This document shows positions 26,957-36,365 of a stretch of 44,321 nucleotides of DNA, in pieces; position 1 is the stretch's first letter, and each line of letters starts with the position of its first letter. The DNA lies in the IMG/VR virus record IMGVR_UViG_3300024331_000116, positions 1 through 44,321 of that record; one strand, 5' to 3'. Origin of the DNA: a virus (taxonomy: Duplodnaviria > Caudoviricetes). A program made the translations under genes and the position numbers. The notes beneath the pieces were generated by a model. That model was given only the letters and a program-made list of their open reading frames with translations, searched no databases and was not told the DNA's origin.

Positions 26957-27720
26957 TAGGTGCCACCCCCCAAGCCGACCAGATCGCCGGAACTATTGCC
27001 GGCATTGAAGGACGGATCAGCGCCGAATCCGTTTGTACCGATTCCCTGATTTGTGCTTCCGCTTCCACCATTGTTCATCAGGTAAGCCAAAGGAACCGCA
27101 GAACCACCAATAGCGTTCGTGGCCCCGACAATGCCCGATGCCCGCGAGGCGCCCGCCGCCGCCTGCGCTTGTCCGGCTCCAGTCCCCAACGCCGTTCCTG
27201 CCGTTCCAGTGTTGGAGGCGGCGTTCTGTCCCAATCCCGCAATGCCCGACAGGCGCGCAAACACATTGTTCTGCTGTGTCTGGAACCGGTTGAATGCGTT
27301 CTCGTAACCCGTAGAGGCCATGCCCTGATTGAAGGACATCAGATCCTTGAGAGCAGCCCCGGAAAGTGACCCCACTCCCGGAGTGTCGGCGTTGCGGAGC
27401 GCCTGTCCGCCGGTCTTCAGCTGGAAGTCATATCCGGGATCTTTGTTGGCGAGATAGTCTTGAGGCGTGAAATTCTGCGTGAGCGAACCGTATCCGGCAG
27501 CCCCAGTATTTCCACTCGTCCCCATCAGATCTGTCAGCTTGGTCGTGGCTCCATAGCCGGCCTGCATGAACGGCTGTTCTTGCTGGTTGATGGTATCGAA
27601 CATGCCCAGTTGGGTAGCACTAGCCCGGTCCTGAGCACCGGCCTGTTTGCCTGCAGCCATGTTCGCGCCCACGGCTCCAACCACACCGGCGCCGACGACT
27701 GCAACCGCTACGAAAGACAT
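26956..27720 (-). CDS. DNA ejection protein (P22 gp7-like)
   Basis: Gly/Ala-rich N-terminus, QPFMQAG, DPGYDFQL, LSGAALK motifs. Confidence 0.75.
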   Translation of the reverse strand: MSFVAVAVVGAGVVGAVGANMAAGKQAGAQDRASATQLGMFDTINQQEQPFMQAGYGATTKLTDLMGTSGNTGAAGYGSLTQNFTPQDYLANKDPGYDFQLKTGGQALRNADTPGVGSLSGAALKDLMSFNQGMASTGYENAFNRFQTQQNNVFARLSGIAGLGQNAASNTGTAGTALGTGAGQAQAAAGASRASGIVGATNAIGGSAVPLAYLMNNGGSGSTNQGIGTNGFGADPSFNAGNSSGDLVGLGGGT

Positions 27721-28136
27721 GGATTATCCTCTTCGAGCAACAGGCTTTCCGGCTCAACTAATTGCAATTCCAAAGTCTCGATATCCGTCTCTCGCGTGGC
27801 ATGCACTGTCGTCCAAACGGTATCCTCATGCGCCAAACCCACTCGTTTGGTACCGGGCCTTGAAACCATGGTAAAAGGGGCGGCAACCCGCTTCATTCCT
27901 TCTTCGGTCCATACTGTAATGACACCCTGCGAAACAATGTTCAAATGCTCCGCTCGATGAATGCGACCGGTGAGCAAACATCCTTTCGGAATGAAAATCT
28001 CGCGGGCATATAAACCTTCGGCGAAATAATGAGTGGTACGAATATCAACACGGACTCCCAACCGACGCATTTCATCTTCGAGTCGCTGAATCTGCTCACG
28101 AGTGGGTACTGCAGGGATCTGTATGAGTTCGTTCAT
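27708..28136 (-). CDS. Cupin-like protein of the tail module
   Basis: HYFAEGLYAREIFIPKG.LLTGRIH...SRPGTKRVG.AHEDTVWTTVH. Confidence 0.7.
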   Translation of the reverse strand: MNELIQIPAVPTREQIQRLEDEMRRLGVRVDIRTTHYFAEGLYAREIFIPKGCLLTGRIHRAEHLNIVSQGVITVWTEEGMKRVAAPFTMVSRPGTKRVGLAHEDTVWTTVHATRETDIETLELQLVEPESLLLEEDNPCLS

Positions 28137-28948
28137 CGAGGGAAAAACGTCAGCGCGGGTGCATTCGTGTAGGTAATCCGTACATGATCGTTCGGCACCA
28201 CCTGAATCGGCCCCTGCACAATGCCCATGGGAAACCACGTCACAGCGTCTTTGCTGTACTCAATCAAGCTGACCGGCCCTCCTGCGACCAGCAATGAGCC
28301 CTGCACTACTGCTGTGAACACAAAGGGCGAAGCCGTCACTGTCACCGTCGCCGGTTGAGTCGCGTTGACGCCGAACGCCTGTTGAGAGACGTTCAGCAGG
28401 AAACGCCACCAGTTGGTGGCAATCACTCCGCGCTCATCGACCAACGCATTGTTGGGCGGCAGGATGGTGTTGGGTAGATTCGGTGGCTTTGAGCTGCTGG
28501 TCGGCATAACGGTCGGACTGGGAACGCCTGTAGAGATGACAATGTTGACCGAGCCCCCAATCACAATGGGAGCGCTGAAAGCCGGCGATTGGGACGCAAT
28601 GATTCCAACCGGATAGGCGGTGTTGGACGCGAACGAGACCGTACCTAAGAACAAGCCCGCATTCTGCAAAATGGCGATTGCCGCCGCTTGGGTCAGCCCC
28701 ACCAGTTGGGGGGTCGCTTCGAAGACCAGCGGCCCCTGCAGAACGACCGGGAGGTTATTCGGTCTCCAGGGTCGAGCATCGACCTGTGGTTCAATGAACG
28801 TCTGCGACGGAGGCGCATATCGAATATCAGCCGTGCCCAGCAGCACGATCAGGAACAGACTTGCAGCGCGGCCCTGTTGCGTCAGTATCCGGACGCCGTT
28901 GTCGATGATCTCCGCACGAGAGGAAATGACAACGGTCGGGTCAGACAT
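28133..28948 (-). CDS. Tail protein: shared N-terminal module + PASTA domain + conserved small tail-protein C-terminus
   Basis: PQLVGLTQAAAIAILQNAGL...PVGIIASQSP...GGSVNIVISTG is PASTA-like; N-terminus is paralogous to that of 28952..30916. Confidence 0.7.
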   Translation of the reverse strand: MSDPTVVISSRAEIIDNGVRILTQQGRAASLFLIVLLGTADIRYAPPSQTFIEPQVDARPWRPNNLPVVLQGPLVFEATPQLVGLTQAAAIAILQNAGLFLGTVSFASNTAYPVGIIASQSPAFSAPIVIGGSVNIVISTGVPSPTVMPTSSSKPPNLPNTILPPNNALVDERGVIATNWWRFLLNVSQQAFGVNATQPATVTVTASPFVFTAVVQGSLLVAGGPVSLIEYSKDAVTWFPMGIVQGPIQVVPNDHVRITYTNAPALTFFPR

Positions 28949-28951
28949 GGA

Positions 28952-30916
28952 TCACTTCGCCGCGCGCTTGAGATTGGCCCCCACGATGTCGCGCTTCACA
29001 GGATCGATAAACCGCACCTCCATCACACCGCCCCGGGTGAATTTCAGCTTGCGCCAGATGACCCGGTTCAGGTAATCCCCGACTTTGCCAATAGCGCGGG
29101 CGAGCATCTGACCCCAGGTCTTTCCGCCATCCCGGCTGATCTTCAGGTAGGCCTGCGGGTCGTAACCGGTGCCCGTTTGATTTCCTACCCCGGGCGCGAA
29201 TTCGATCTGTAGGTAGGACATGAAGACGCGTTCACGCGCACCGCCATCCCAGATGTGGGGGGTGCGACGCAAGGCCAGCAGCGGCCAGCCCGCATCTGTG
29301 AAGGCCTCGCGGGTCAGTCGATGGACCGCACCGTTTTGATAGTCACCGACCAGTCGTTGGTTCTGGAAACTTAAGAAACAGCTCGAGCGATGGCGGTGGA
29401 AGCTGTCCGAATATGGATCGTACGAGGCCCGCTTGTGCCATAGGTCCGTTGAACCGTCATAGACCCAGGTCTTGTCCGCATTCGGGAAGGTCAGGACGTA
29501 GAACTCGTGCTGGTCTTCCTGGTAGGTGTAGCCGATCGCATCGGCCACATACGCATAGGTGGCGATCTCATCCGCCACTGCCGGGGTACTGATGACCAAG
29601 GCCTCGAAGCCCTTGGTGCGTACCACGACATTCTGGCCGCGGTCTGAGCGGGCGAGCCACGCCAGCCCATCCTCACCCCCCACCGAGAACCGAGCGACCG
29701 AATGAGCCGCCGCACAGCCGACCTGCAGCATGGTGCTGACCAGCCGTTGGAAGGGAAAGAACTGTCCTCCGGCGTCGTACCAGATCTCGGAGTGCTTCTC
29801 CCCCAGGAGCCAGAGCTCCTCCTTGCTTTCCATATGCGCAACCAGTTTGTCGGTCGCCGCATCGATCAGCGCGAAGTTACTGGCGTTGAAAGTAATGCTG
29901 TAGGTACTGGACGGTACGTAAAACACCTGCGTACCGGGCTGGTTGAAGATCCACCAGCCATCGATGAAGGCCACCCGATCCGCGCCTAAGAAGGCCGGAT
30001 CCGTGATCCGGGTGAAGACCTTTGTGGCGATGTTGTAGAGATACCCGTTGGGTCCATCCACGATCACCACATACCCACCCGCCCCATTATCCCGAATGCC
30101 CACAGGCCCGGTACTCGTGAGCAGGGTGCCAATCCGCTTCATCGCGAATGTCGCGGACGTAAAGGCCGTGGCGGGCGTCTGCACGGTCATCAGATACGCC
30201 CCGGAGCCGAACACCCAAACCGCCTGAAGACCGCCTGGAAGCTCCCACGCTCCTCGACCGGGGAGGTTGGTCACACTGCTGGGAAGCGGCCATGTAACGG
30301 GAGGCGGAACCGGCGGCGGCGGCGGCAGCGGGGCGAGCTGCGGCATGAGCGCGATGTGCCACGCGCCCGGATTCTTCGCATCCCAGATCCACGGATCCCA
30401 GAAGCTCTGCGGCTTCCTCTGCAGGGTGGTCAGATCCCCTACGGGAGGGGGTTTGACCTGCAGCCCCACCAATAGCGAGGCTTTGCGCGGCTGATCGAAA
30501 TGGACCGGCGGATCAAACCAGGGCTTGCGATTACCCCGTCCCAGAACATCCAGACTGGCGTTGTAGGCAACGTACGCCGTCAGACTCGTGATGAGTGACG
30601 GTGAACGGGGCTGGATAAAATCCGGTGGCGGCTTATCCCACCAGCCGAAGGTGTCCCAACCTTGGGTCACATCCGGCGGGAAGGCCCCGAGGATGGTCAG
30701 TAGATTGCTGGGCCTCCAGGGTCTTGCGTCAACCTGCGGCTCGACGAAAGTCTGGGACTTCGCTCCCGCCCGGATGTCATTGGGGAGCGCGGCGGCCGCA
30801 GTCCCCAGAATGACGATCAGGAAAAGGCTGGCGGCCCTTCCCTGTTGGCTGATGATCCGAACGCCGTTGTCGATGACTTCCGCGCGAGTCCGGACAACGA
30901 CGGTCGGATCGGACAC
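28952..30916 (-). CDS. P22 gp10-like tail hub/DNA stabilisation protein lacking its usual N-terminus, fused to a Pro/Trp-rich extension
   Basis: IRDNG...VAFIDGWWIF...ELWLLGEKHSEIWYDAG...HEFYVLTFP..DKTWVYD...WH.R...LKISRDGGKTW...IDPVKRDIVGA. Confidence 0.85.
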   Translation of the reverse strand: MSDPTVVVRTRAEVIDNGVRIISQQGRAASLFLIVILGTAAAALPNDIRAGAKSQTFVEPQVDARPWRPSNLLTILGAFPPDVTQGWDTFGWWDKPPPDFIQPRSPSLITSLTAYVAYNASLDVLGRGNRKPWFDPPVHFDQPRKASLLVGLQVKPPPVGDLTTLQRKPQSFWDPWIWDAKNPGAWHIALMPQLAPLPPPPPVPPPVTWPLPSSVTNLPGRGAWELPGGLQAVWVFGSGAYLMTVQTPATAFTSATFAMKRIGTLLTSTGPVGIRDNGAGGYVVIVDGPNGYLYNIATKVFTRITDPAFLGADRVAFIDGWWIFNQPGTQVFYVPSSTYSITFNASNFALIDAATDKLVAHMESKEELWLLGEKHSEIWYDAGGQFFPFQRLVSTMLQVGCAAAHSVARFSVGGEDGLAWLARSDRGQNVVVRTKGFEALVISTPAVADEIATYAYVADAIGYTYQEDQHEFYVLTFPNADKTWVYDGSTDLWHKRASYDPYSDSFHRHRSSCFLSFQNQRLVGDYQNGAVHRLTREAFTDAGWPLLALRRTPHIWDGGARERVFMSYLQIEFAPGVGNQTGTGYDPQAYLKISRDGGKTWGQMLARAIGKVGDYLNRVIWRKLKFTRGGVMEVRFIDPVKRDIVGANLKRAAK

Positions 30917-31384
30917 TTAGAACTCTTCGATGTGGATCGTGCCCGAGACCGTGGGCGTACCCGGTGCGGTGAGGAAGCCTAAGCACCAGATCTGTCCTGC
31001 CGCCACTTCCGGAATGATGATGTCCTTGCCATTCACAATGTCGAACGGGGTAGCACCATTCCACTGCCACGAATGCAGCACCACCGAGACCGCCCCTGGG
31101 GTGGTATAGCCACTGATCGCCGTCGTTGCTGCCGCAGTGGTGTTCTTGCGAACGACCGCCCGAGGCGTGATCGACGTGGTTGTGCCGCCGGATCCTGTGG
31201 CCGAGGCGATATACATCGTCAGCTGCAGGATGGCCTGTGTCGATCCGGTCTGGTTGGACTGCAATTCCATGCGTTGGATTGCGAACGGACTGCCGGCAGC
31301 GGCAGTCAACTGAAAGATCGTGGAAGCCACGTTGGTGAAGGCCGTAGGCGCCAGATCAACCAAATAGCCAAGACCCTGAGCCAT
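30917..31384 (-). CDS. Putative virion protein (beta-rich)
   Basis: Thr/Ala-rich, 155 aa; RBS GGAG. Confidence 0.6.
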   Translation of the reverse strand: MAQGLGYLVDLAPTAFTNVASTIFQLTAAAGSPFAIQRMELQSNQTGSTQAILQLTMYIASATGSGGTTTSITPRAVVRKNTTAAATTAISGYTTPGAVSVVLHSWQWNGATPFDIVNGKDIIIPEVAAGQIWCLGFLTAPGTPTVSGTIHIEEF

Positions 31385-31445
31385 AACGGTACTCCATAGG
31401 TGAGGGAGGCCCGGTCAGGGCCTGTGAATCGAACGTGAGGAAAAG

Positions 31446-32174
31446 TCAGGACTGAATGATGGTTTCAGTCACGAATGTTTGTTTGGGCCAACTCAACAAG
31501 GCATCCGGTGCCGCAGCCGCCGCAAGGAAACCGAAGATGAAAGACTGTGCGGTAAAGGCGGTCGTGTTGTTCACAGTGCCGGTCATCGTGCCACCGGAGC
31601 CCACCAGCGTAGCGGTGGTTTGAATCCAATAGGCCAATGCGCATCCGTCCACCGTGCCGTTGGGCGCATCTGTGAGCGCGACCCCGGTGGTTCCGGGAGT
31701 CGTGAACGTCGAGGGCACTCCCCAGCTCGTACCGTCAGACGTCGCATCCTTCTTCTTTTTGGCCAAGGCAAGGACGATGGCGTTGTTGGCGCTCGGCGTG
31801 CGCGTCACGGCGGGCAGCGACAAATCCTTGTTGGACGAATTCGCCCGGTCCTGAGTGGCGATACAAGTAGCCAATCCCGAATCGATGCCCCGAAAGACCG
31901 CAACAAACGCCCAGGCTGAGTTGGTGGCGCTCCAATTGACGGTCGGGATCGTAGCGCTGCCCGTGGTATCGTAGAGCGCGAAACAGGCCGCCGAGGTCGC
32001 ATTGTTGGTCGAGGTCTCCCGCGTCCAACTTCCGGGGGTCGTGATGGTGTCCGTGGTTCCGATCGAACCGGTGCACAACAGCAGAATGTCATTCGCACTG
32101 TGCGCGGGGGCGACCGCCGTCAGATTCCCGACCCCTCGGGCAACCGCGCCTACCGCGACAAACGTGATAGCCAT
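31446..32174 (-). CDS. Putative virion/adhesin-like beta-sandwich protein
   Basis: MAITFVAVG...ANDILLL...TPGSWT; Thr/Ala-rich. Confidence 0.6.
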   Translation of the reverse strand: MAITFVAVGAVARGVGNLTAVAPAHSANDILLLCTGSIGTTDTITTPGSWTRETSTNNATSAACFALYDTTGSATIPTVNWSATNSAWAFVAVFRGIDSGLATCIATQDRANSSNKDLSLPAVTRTPSANNAIVLALAKKKKDATSDGTSWGVPSTFTTPGTTGVALTDAPNGTVDGCALAYWIQTTATLVGSGGTMTGTVNNTTAFTAQSFIFGFLAAAAAPDALLSWPKQTFVTETIIQS

Positions 32175-32368
32175 CAGCGCTCAACGGTCCAGGAGCCATC
32201 ATCCGCGTGACGACCTGTCTGAGTATTTTCTCCCGGCTTCTGACAGACTTCGCATACGAAGGTGATGCGGCGTGACTTTCCGTCTTCGCTGTAGGAAATC
32301 CCGGGCCGATGCGCGGCGGAATTGGGGTCCAGCGTCGCAGGCTTGCCTTCACATTCGGGATGGCGCAT
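32174..32368 (-). CDS. Small Zn-ribbon hypothetical protein
   Basis: HPEC...CEVC; fills the gap between neighbours exactly. Confidence 0.45.
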   Translation of the reverse strand: MRHPECEGKPATLDPNSAAHRPGISYSEDGKSRRITFVCEVCQKPGENTQTGRHADDGSWTVER

Positions 32369-32369
32369 A

Positions 32370-33794
32370 TCAGCCCGTGAAGCACTGGCCGGCGAAACTG
32401 ACCGGGCATGCGGTGTTGGTGATCGCATTGGCGTTGATAAAGGGAACGATCTTAGTGCTCCAGTCGTAATTGGTGCCCACGACGTAGGTCCACAGAAAGT
32501 AAGAACATCGCAATGTTTGAGCGGAGGCAAAGTTGTCAGCGGGCGTCTTGGTCGGGAAATGGGTGTAGGTCGCTTGCTGGGCAAACCCGATACAGGGAAT
32601 GCTGTTGCGATAATCGGTACCACCCGGAGTAAATCCGGAGCCATTCCACCGATTTCCCATATAGACATTCTGGCCCATGGTCGGAAATCCATTGGCCGCT
32701 GTGGGATAGACATCGGGACTCGACATCGCGGCTGCCGGACCTGCCACCGCGAGGTTATCCACGATCCCGTTGATCGTCAGTGCGTTCGCGATGACATAAT
32801 TGATCTGCGGACCTACGATGGTGTGCGGCCATGCCGCCACCATGCGCTGAACCTGGATGTTGAAATTGTTGGCGAAATTCGTGCTGTTGTAGTCGGAGCC
32901 TGCCTGCAGGTTGAGGGAGGTCTCCTGATTGAACACGAATTCAATCAGCGGATGCGTATCGAACGTGAACGTCTGACCGCTGTAAGGACCGGAAGTGGTC
33001 ACGAACGAGGTCGTGGCCAGATGCTCGAACATCCGCGTATAGCGATCATTGACGTTGGTACGCCAGATCGCCGCACAGGCACCCGATTGACCGCTACCAA
33101 AATCCTGATTCCAATAGCCGAAGTGAACGCCATCCGAGCCGGGACCGTAGATGGAGTTGTTGAGGATGTAGGCTGGCGTACCCAGTCCTGTTGCCCCGGT
33201 TCCGGTGAACTTCTCGCACCAAATCATGGGCCCGAAGCGTTTGCCCGGTGCCTTGGACTGCAGGTAATTGAAATCTGAAATGATGCTGGAGAAATCGTAT
33301 CCGCCATCCGTCGGTTCCAGATGGTCCCAGGTATAGATCGGCTGATAGCCCGCGACATTGGCACCTGAGGCCGCCAGAACGTTGATCTCGTTCTGGTTGC
33401 GTCCATTACCACTCACACTGTCGCCGTTGATATTGTTCGAGCCCATCCAGTGCTTGGGATGCCACTTGATCTGACCGGTCGGCGGCGGAAACACATTGGT
33501 TTGCAGGGTCGTCGCCGCCGTGACCGGTGAAGGTGGCCCCTCGCCGAACGTATTGATGGCCGCAACCGTGAAATTGTAGGTCGTGGCCGGCGCTAATCCG
33601 GTGAAATTCGCAGCCGTGCCCGGCAGCGTCACCACCGGATTGCCGAACATCCGCACCGTGTAGTTCTGTGCTCCCGCGATCGGCGTCCACGTGAGATCGA
33701 TCTCGCTCGAGCTGATGACGGTCGCCACTACCCCCGTCACCGGGGCGGGCGTCTGGGGAAAGGTCCCCAGCGTGCGGATGAAGCTGACCTTCAT
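32370..33794 (-). CDS. FN3 domain + clan-A-like glycoside hydrolase TIM barrel
   Basis: SSSEIDLTW...GLAPATTYNFTVAAINTFGEG (FN3); YTWDHLEPTDGGYDFS...TPAY...FDTHPLIEFVFNQETS. Confidence 0.65.
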   Translation of the reverse strand: MKVSFIRTLGTFPQTPAPVTGVVATVISSSEIDLTWTPIAGAQNYTVRMFGNPVVTLPGTAANFTGLAPATTYNFTVAAINTFGEGPPSPVTAATTLQTNVFPPPTGQIKWHPKHWMGSNNINGDSVSGNGRNQNEINVLAASGANVAGYQPIYTWDHLEPTDGGYDFSSIISDFNYLQSKAPGKRFGPMIWCEKFTGTGATGLGTPAYILNNSIYGPGSDGVHFGYWNQDFGSGQSGACAAIWRTNVNDRYTRMFEHLATTSFVTTSGPYSGQTFTFDTHPLIEFVFNQETSLNLQAGSDYNSTNFANNFNIQVQRMVAAWPHTIVGPQINYVIANALTINGIVDNLAVAGPAAAMSSPDVYPTAANGFPTMGQNVYMGNRWNGSGFTPGGTDYRNSIPCIGFAQQATYTHFPTKTPADNFASAQTLRCSYFLWTYVVGTNYDWSTKIVPFINANAITNTACPVSFAGQCFTG

Positions 33795-33982
33795 AGACCC
33801 TGGACGCTCGCGACCTGGACAAGTCCGGGACACCCCAGCAGCGCGATCACCGTCTTGGACTGCTTCAGCTTGTCCTGTGAAATCTCAGGGTACCAATTGA
33901 TGGTCTCCTGGCGGTCCTGGTAGGGGTCGGGGGCCGTGTAGGACGCCCCGACGAACCCAAAGTCGTTATTCGCTTGGGGCAT
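33791..33982 (-). CDS. Detached N-terminal segment of the gp10-like protein
   Basis: FGFVGASYTAPDPYQDRQETINWYPE...ALLGCPGL resembles gp10-family N-termini; RBS GAGGA. Confidence 0.7.
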   Translation of the reverse strand: MPQANNDFGFVGASYTAPDPYQDRQETINWYPEISQDKLKQSKTVIALLGCPGLVQVASVQGL

Positions 33983-34040
33983 GTAATCCTCGTGGGTTGT
34001 GCGGCCTCCCTGCCGCTGCTATGCGCCTATAGATAGGCGA

Positions 34041-36365
34041 TCAGTTGGGCGAACAGCCGATCTGCAACACGTCGCTGGCCGTCCATGCTCCGGCCACGCC
34101 AGTCGTGCGCACGTAATTCGTGAAGGTGGCCGTAGTCGTGGATGAGCCGGTTTGCTGTGTGAGGTTGGTTGCGGGGGTCGTGACATCAGCGCTACTGCAC
34201 GCCCATCCGTGGGCGGCTAATGGAAGCGCTATAACGCCAGTGGAGGCCGCGCCCCCTGTCCCCACATTGACTGAAAAACTCGCCGGCCCCTTGTTCGCCG
34301 TGATGGACGGAGACGTTCCGAATCCGCTTGAGATCGTGGGCGTCGTGTTGATGGCAGGAGTACTCAGTCCATAGTAGGTCGTTTGATTCTGATAAATGGC
34401 CTGAATCTGCGCCGGGCTGAGCGAACCGTCGTACCCGGCAGATGTGGAAACGGGTTTGGAAATTCCGTAGACAACGGCTTCCGCAATATCCCCGGTCATC
34501 ACCCGAAATGCGCTCGTGCAATTCGCCCCGAAGGAGCCTGAGAAGAGACTCTCGAAGCTTGAACTGCTGCTGAAATATAGAAAGTTTCCGTTTCCGCCCG
34601 TGACAGCCGGCAGAGAGTTATCGACTTGAAACGACAGATCGCCGTTAGCGGCGGTCGTCAGATTATTCTGTCCGATGGCGACATGCCATGCGCTATCGGC
34701 AGCGGTTAGACTGACATCAATCCCGCTGTTGGATGTATGCAGGGCCATTGTATTGACCGATGCCGGGAACCGTATGTCCGGCCCGTTCCCTCCAAGGGCT
34801 ATCCCGATGCCCCCTGTTCCCCCTGTGCGTTTTGCAACCACATTCGCAGTCCATGATGGACCGACCGCAGTCAATCCCGCTGCTCCGTTCGTGCACATAT
34901 ACTGTGTGCCGGTGGAGCGCATGGCGGTGCGATTGTTGAAGTCGTTGAAGATCAACTGCGGCTGAAGGGCTGTCGTCACCTGCACCATATCAAAGGTAGT
35001 GCCTTTGCCGTCATTCGACTGATATCCGATTGACTGGTTATATAGCGTGGCAACCGTGCATGTTGTGCCTGAGCAAAATGCTTGCGCGGCGTTATCGTCA
35101 AAATCCCCAGTGGCGGTGAATCCGACATTCAACGTCGTACTATCACTGGCGCGGCGTATCGTGGCCGCATAGCCGGTGTAAGATGCTCGCAGGCGTCGCA
35201 GCCCCCACGCCCCGCCGACTGCCGCGACAAGATTCCGTTTGACATTGCTTGCGCATAGTGTGCCACCGCAGTTCCCGTTGTTGTACGCCAGATCAACTGG
35301 ACCTAAATAGGTCTTTGAGGGCGTCGCATAGAACGCCGAGACATTCGCCGCTAGGAGCGCATCGGTCGCTGCGCTGGTATACCCCGAAGCAATCGCCCCT
35401 TCAAAGAATTCGGCTGGCGCGGATGATCCGTCCCCGCCCTCGCCCAAAGAAATTCCCGCTTGAACCACTTCCGTTTGCGGTGGCGGCTGCTGCACTAGAG
35501 CGGCGAGTATTCCCGTGCTGACATCCCAAAACTTATCGAAATAAATGTTGGTGGCACCATTGTATTTACTCAGGTATCCGGCCACCGCCGGAACAGTCGC
35601 TAGCGCGGTCGTCGGGAAATTGGGGGCTTCCATATCGATCCCCAACCCAATTCCTCCGCTCAAAGTGTTACCGGTCCAGTTGTTATAGCCCAGCTCCCAC
35701 GAAGCACCCGACAAATACGGGCCGCTGATATTGTTCTCTGCACGACCATAGTTACCGCAACACGCGCTGAAGATGCTCATTCCCTCGACGGCGTAGGTCG
35801 TCGCAGAAGCGGTGCCAGTGGGAATATTAGTGGTAGCTCCGCCGCTTGCGGGCCGGTTGCGGTAAAAGGCCGCATTGGCTGCCGTTACGACGCTAGGATA
35901 GCCGTTCGCGCCGTATAGAAACCAAGGCGCCATATTGGCGACCGTGGCTTGCGGCAAATGATTGGCATTGCCAGTTTGATCGTAGATATTACTGATGTAG
36001 CAACTGGTACCCGCGCAGAAAGTGGCCACGGCTGCGGAATCGTAAAGGCCGGTTGAGACCGTACTGATATCGCTTGTCGTCGAATCGGACGCGCGGGTGA
36101 GCTGGAAAATCCTCCCCGTATAGCTCGCAAACATCCGGCGAGTGAGACTATGAGCAGCAACGCAGGTCTGACCGCCCTTAGCAATCACATCGCATGGCCC
36201 CAATGCCGTAGCGGCTAATGCCGCCGTCTGCGGGCTGTTCAGCGCACTCGGCGCCGCCGTCGAGCCGCTGGAGTTGCCGAGGAGGGTGCCGGAGGGTATG
36301 ACGCTCGTCGTCCCGGCTGCCTGCGCGAGCAGCGGACAGAGCAGGAGCGCAATCAGTATTCTCAC
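34041..36365 (-). CDS. Signal-peptide protein with a GH54 alpha-L-arabinofuranosidase B-like domain plus a second divergent copy
   Basis: MRILIALLLCPLLAQA; GPCDV...TCVAAHSLTR...YDQTGNANHL...CCGNYGRAE...IDME...GEGGDGS...FFEG; second unit GAWGLRRLRASYTG...RRASDSTT...FC...LYNQS. Confidence 0.8.
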   Translation of the reverse strand: MRILIALLLCPLLAQAAGTTSVIPSGTLLGNSSGSTAAPSALNSPQTAALAATALGPCDVIAKGGQTCVAAHSLTRRMFASYTGRIFQLTRASDSTTSDISTVSTGLYDSAAVATFCAGTSCYISNIYDQTGNANHLPQATVANMAPWFLYGANGYPSVVTAANAAFYRNRPASGGATTNIPTGTASATTYAVEGMSIFSACCGNYGRAENNISGPYLSGASWELGYNNWTGNTLSGGIGLGIDMEAPNFPTTALATVPAVAGYLSKYNGATNIYFDKFWDVSTGILAALVQQPPPQTEVVQAGISLGEGGDGSSAPAEFFEGAIASGYTSAATDALLAANVSAFYATPSKTYLGPVDLAYNNGNCGGTLCASNVKRNLVAAVGGAWGLRRLRASYTGYAATIRRASDSTTLNVGFTATGDFDDNAAQAFCSGTTCTVATLYNQSIGYQSNDGKGTTFDMVQVTTALQPQLIFNDFNNRTAMRSTGTQYMCTNGAAGLTAVGPSWTANVVAKRTGGTGGIGIALGGNGPDIRFPASVNTMALHTSNSGIDVSLTAADSAWHVAIGQNNLTTAANGDLSFQVDNSLPAVTGGNGNFLYFSSSSSFESLFSGSFGANCTSAFRVMTGDIAEAVVYGISKPVSTSAGYDGSLSPAQIQAIYQNQTTYYGLSTPAINTTPTISSGFGTSPSITANKGPASFSVNVGTGGAASTGVIALPLAAHGWACSSADVTTPATNLTQQTGSSTTTATFTNYVRTTGVAGAWTASDVLQIGCSPN

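Noticed and set aside
28740-30916. Diversity-generating retroelement TR/VR pair
   Set aside because: Differences between the repeats are mostly synonymous and not adenine-specific, and no reverse transcriptase is present. The same applies to the 38216/39161 paralogs and the terminal repeat.
21424-33278. Long + strand ORFs (21424..22545, 23964..25457, 32322..33278 and similar)
   Set aside because: Antisense shadows of well-supported minus-strand virion genes in GC-rich DNA; no recognisable motifs.
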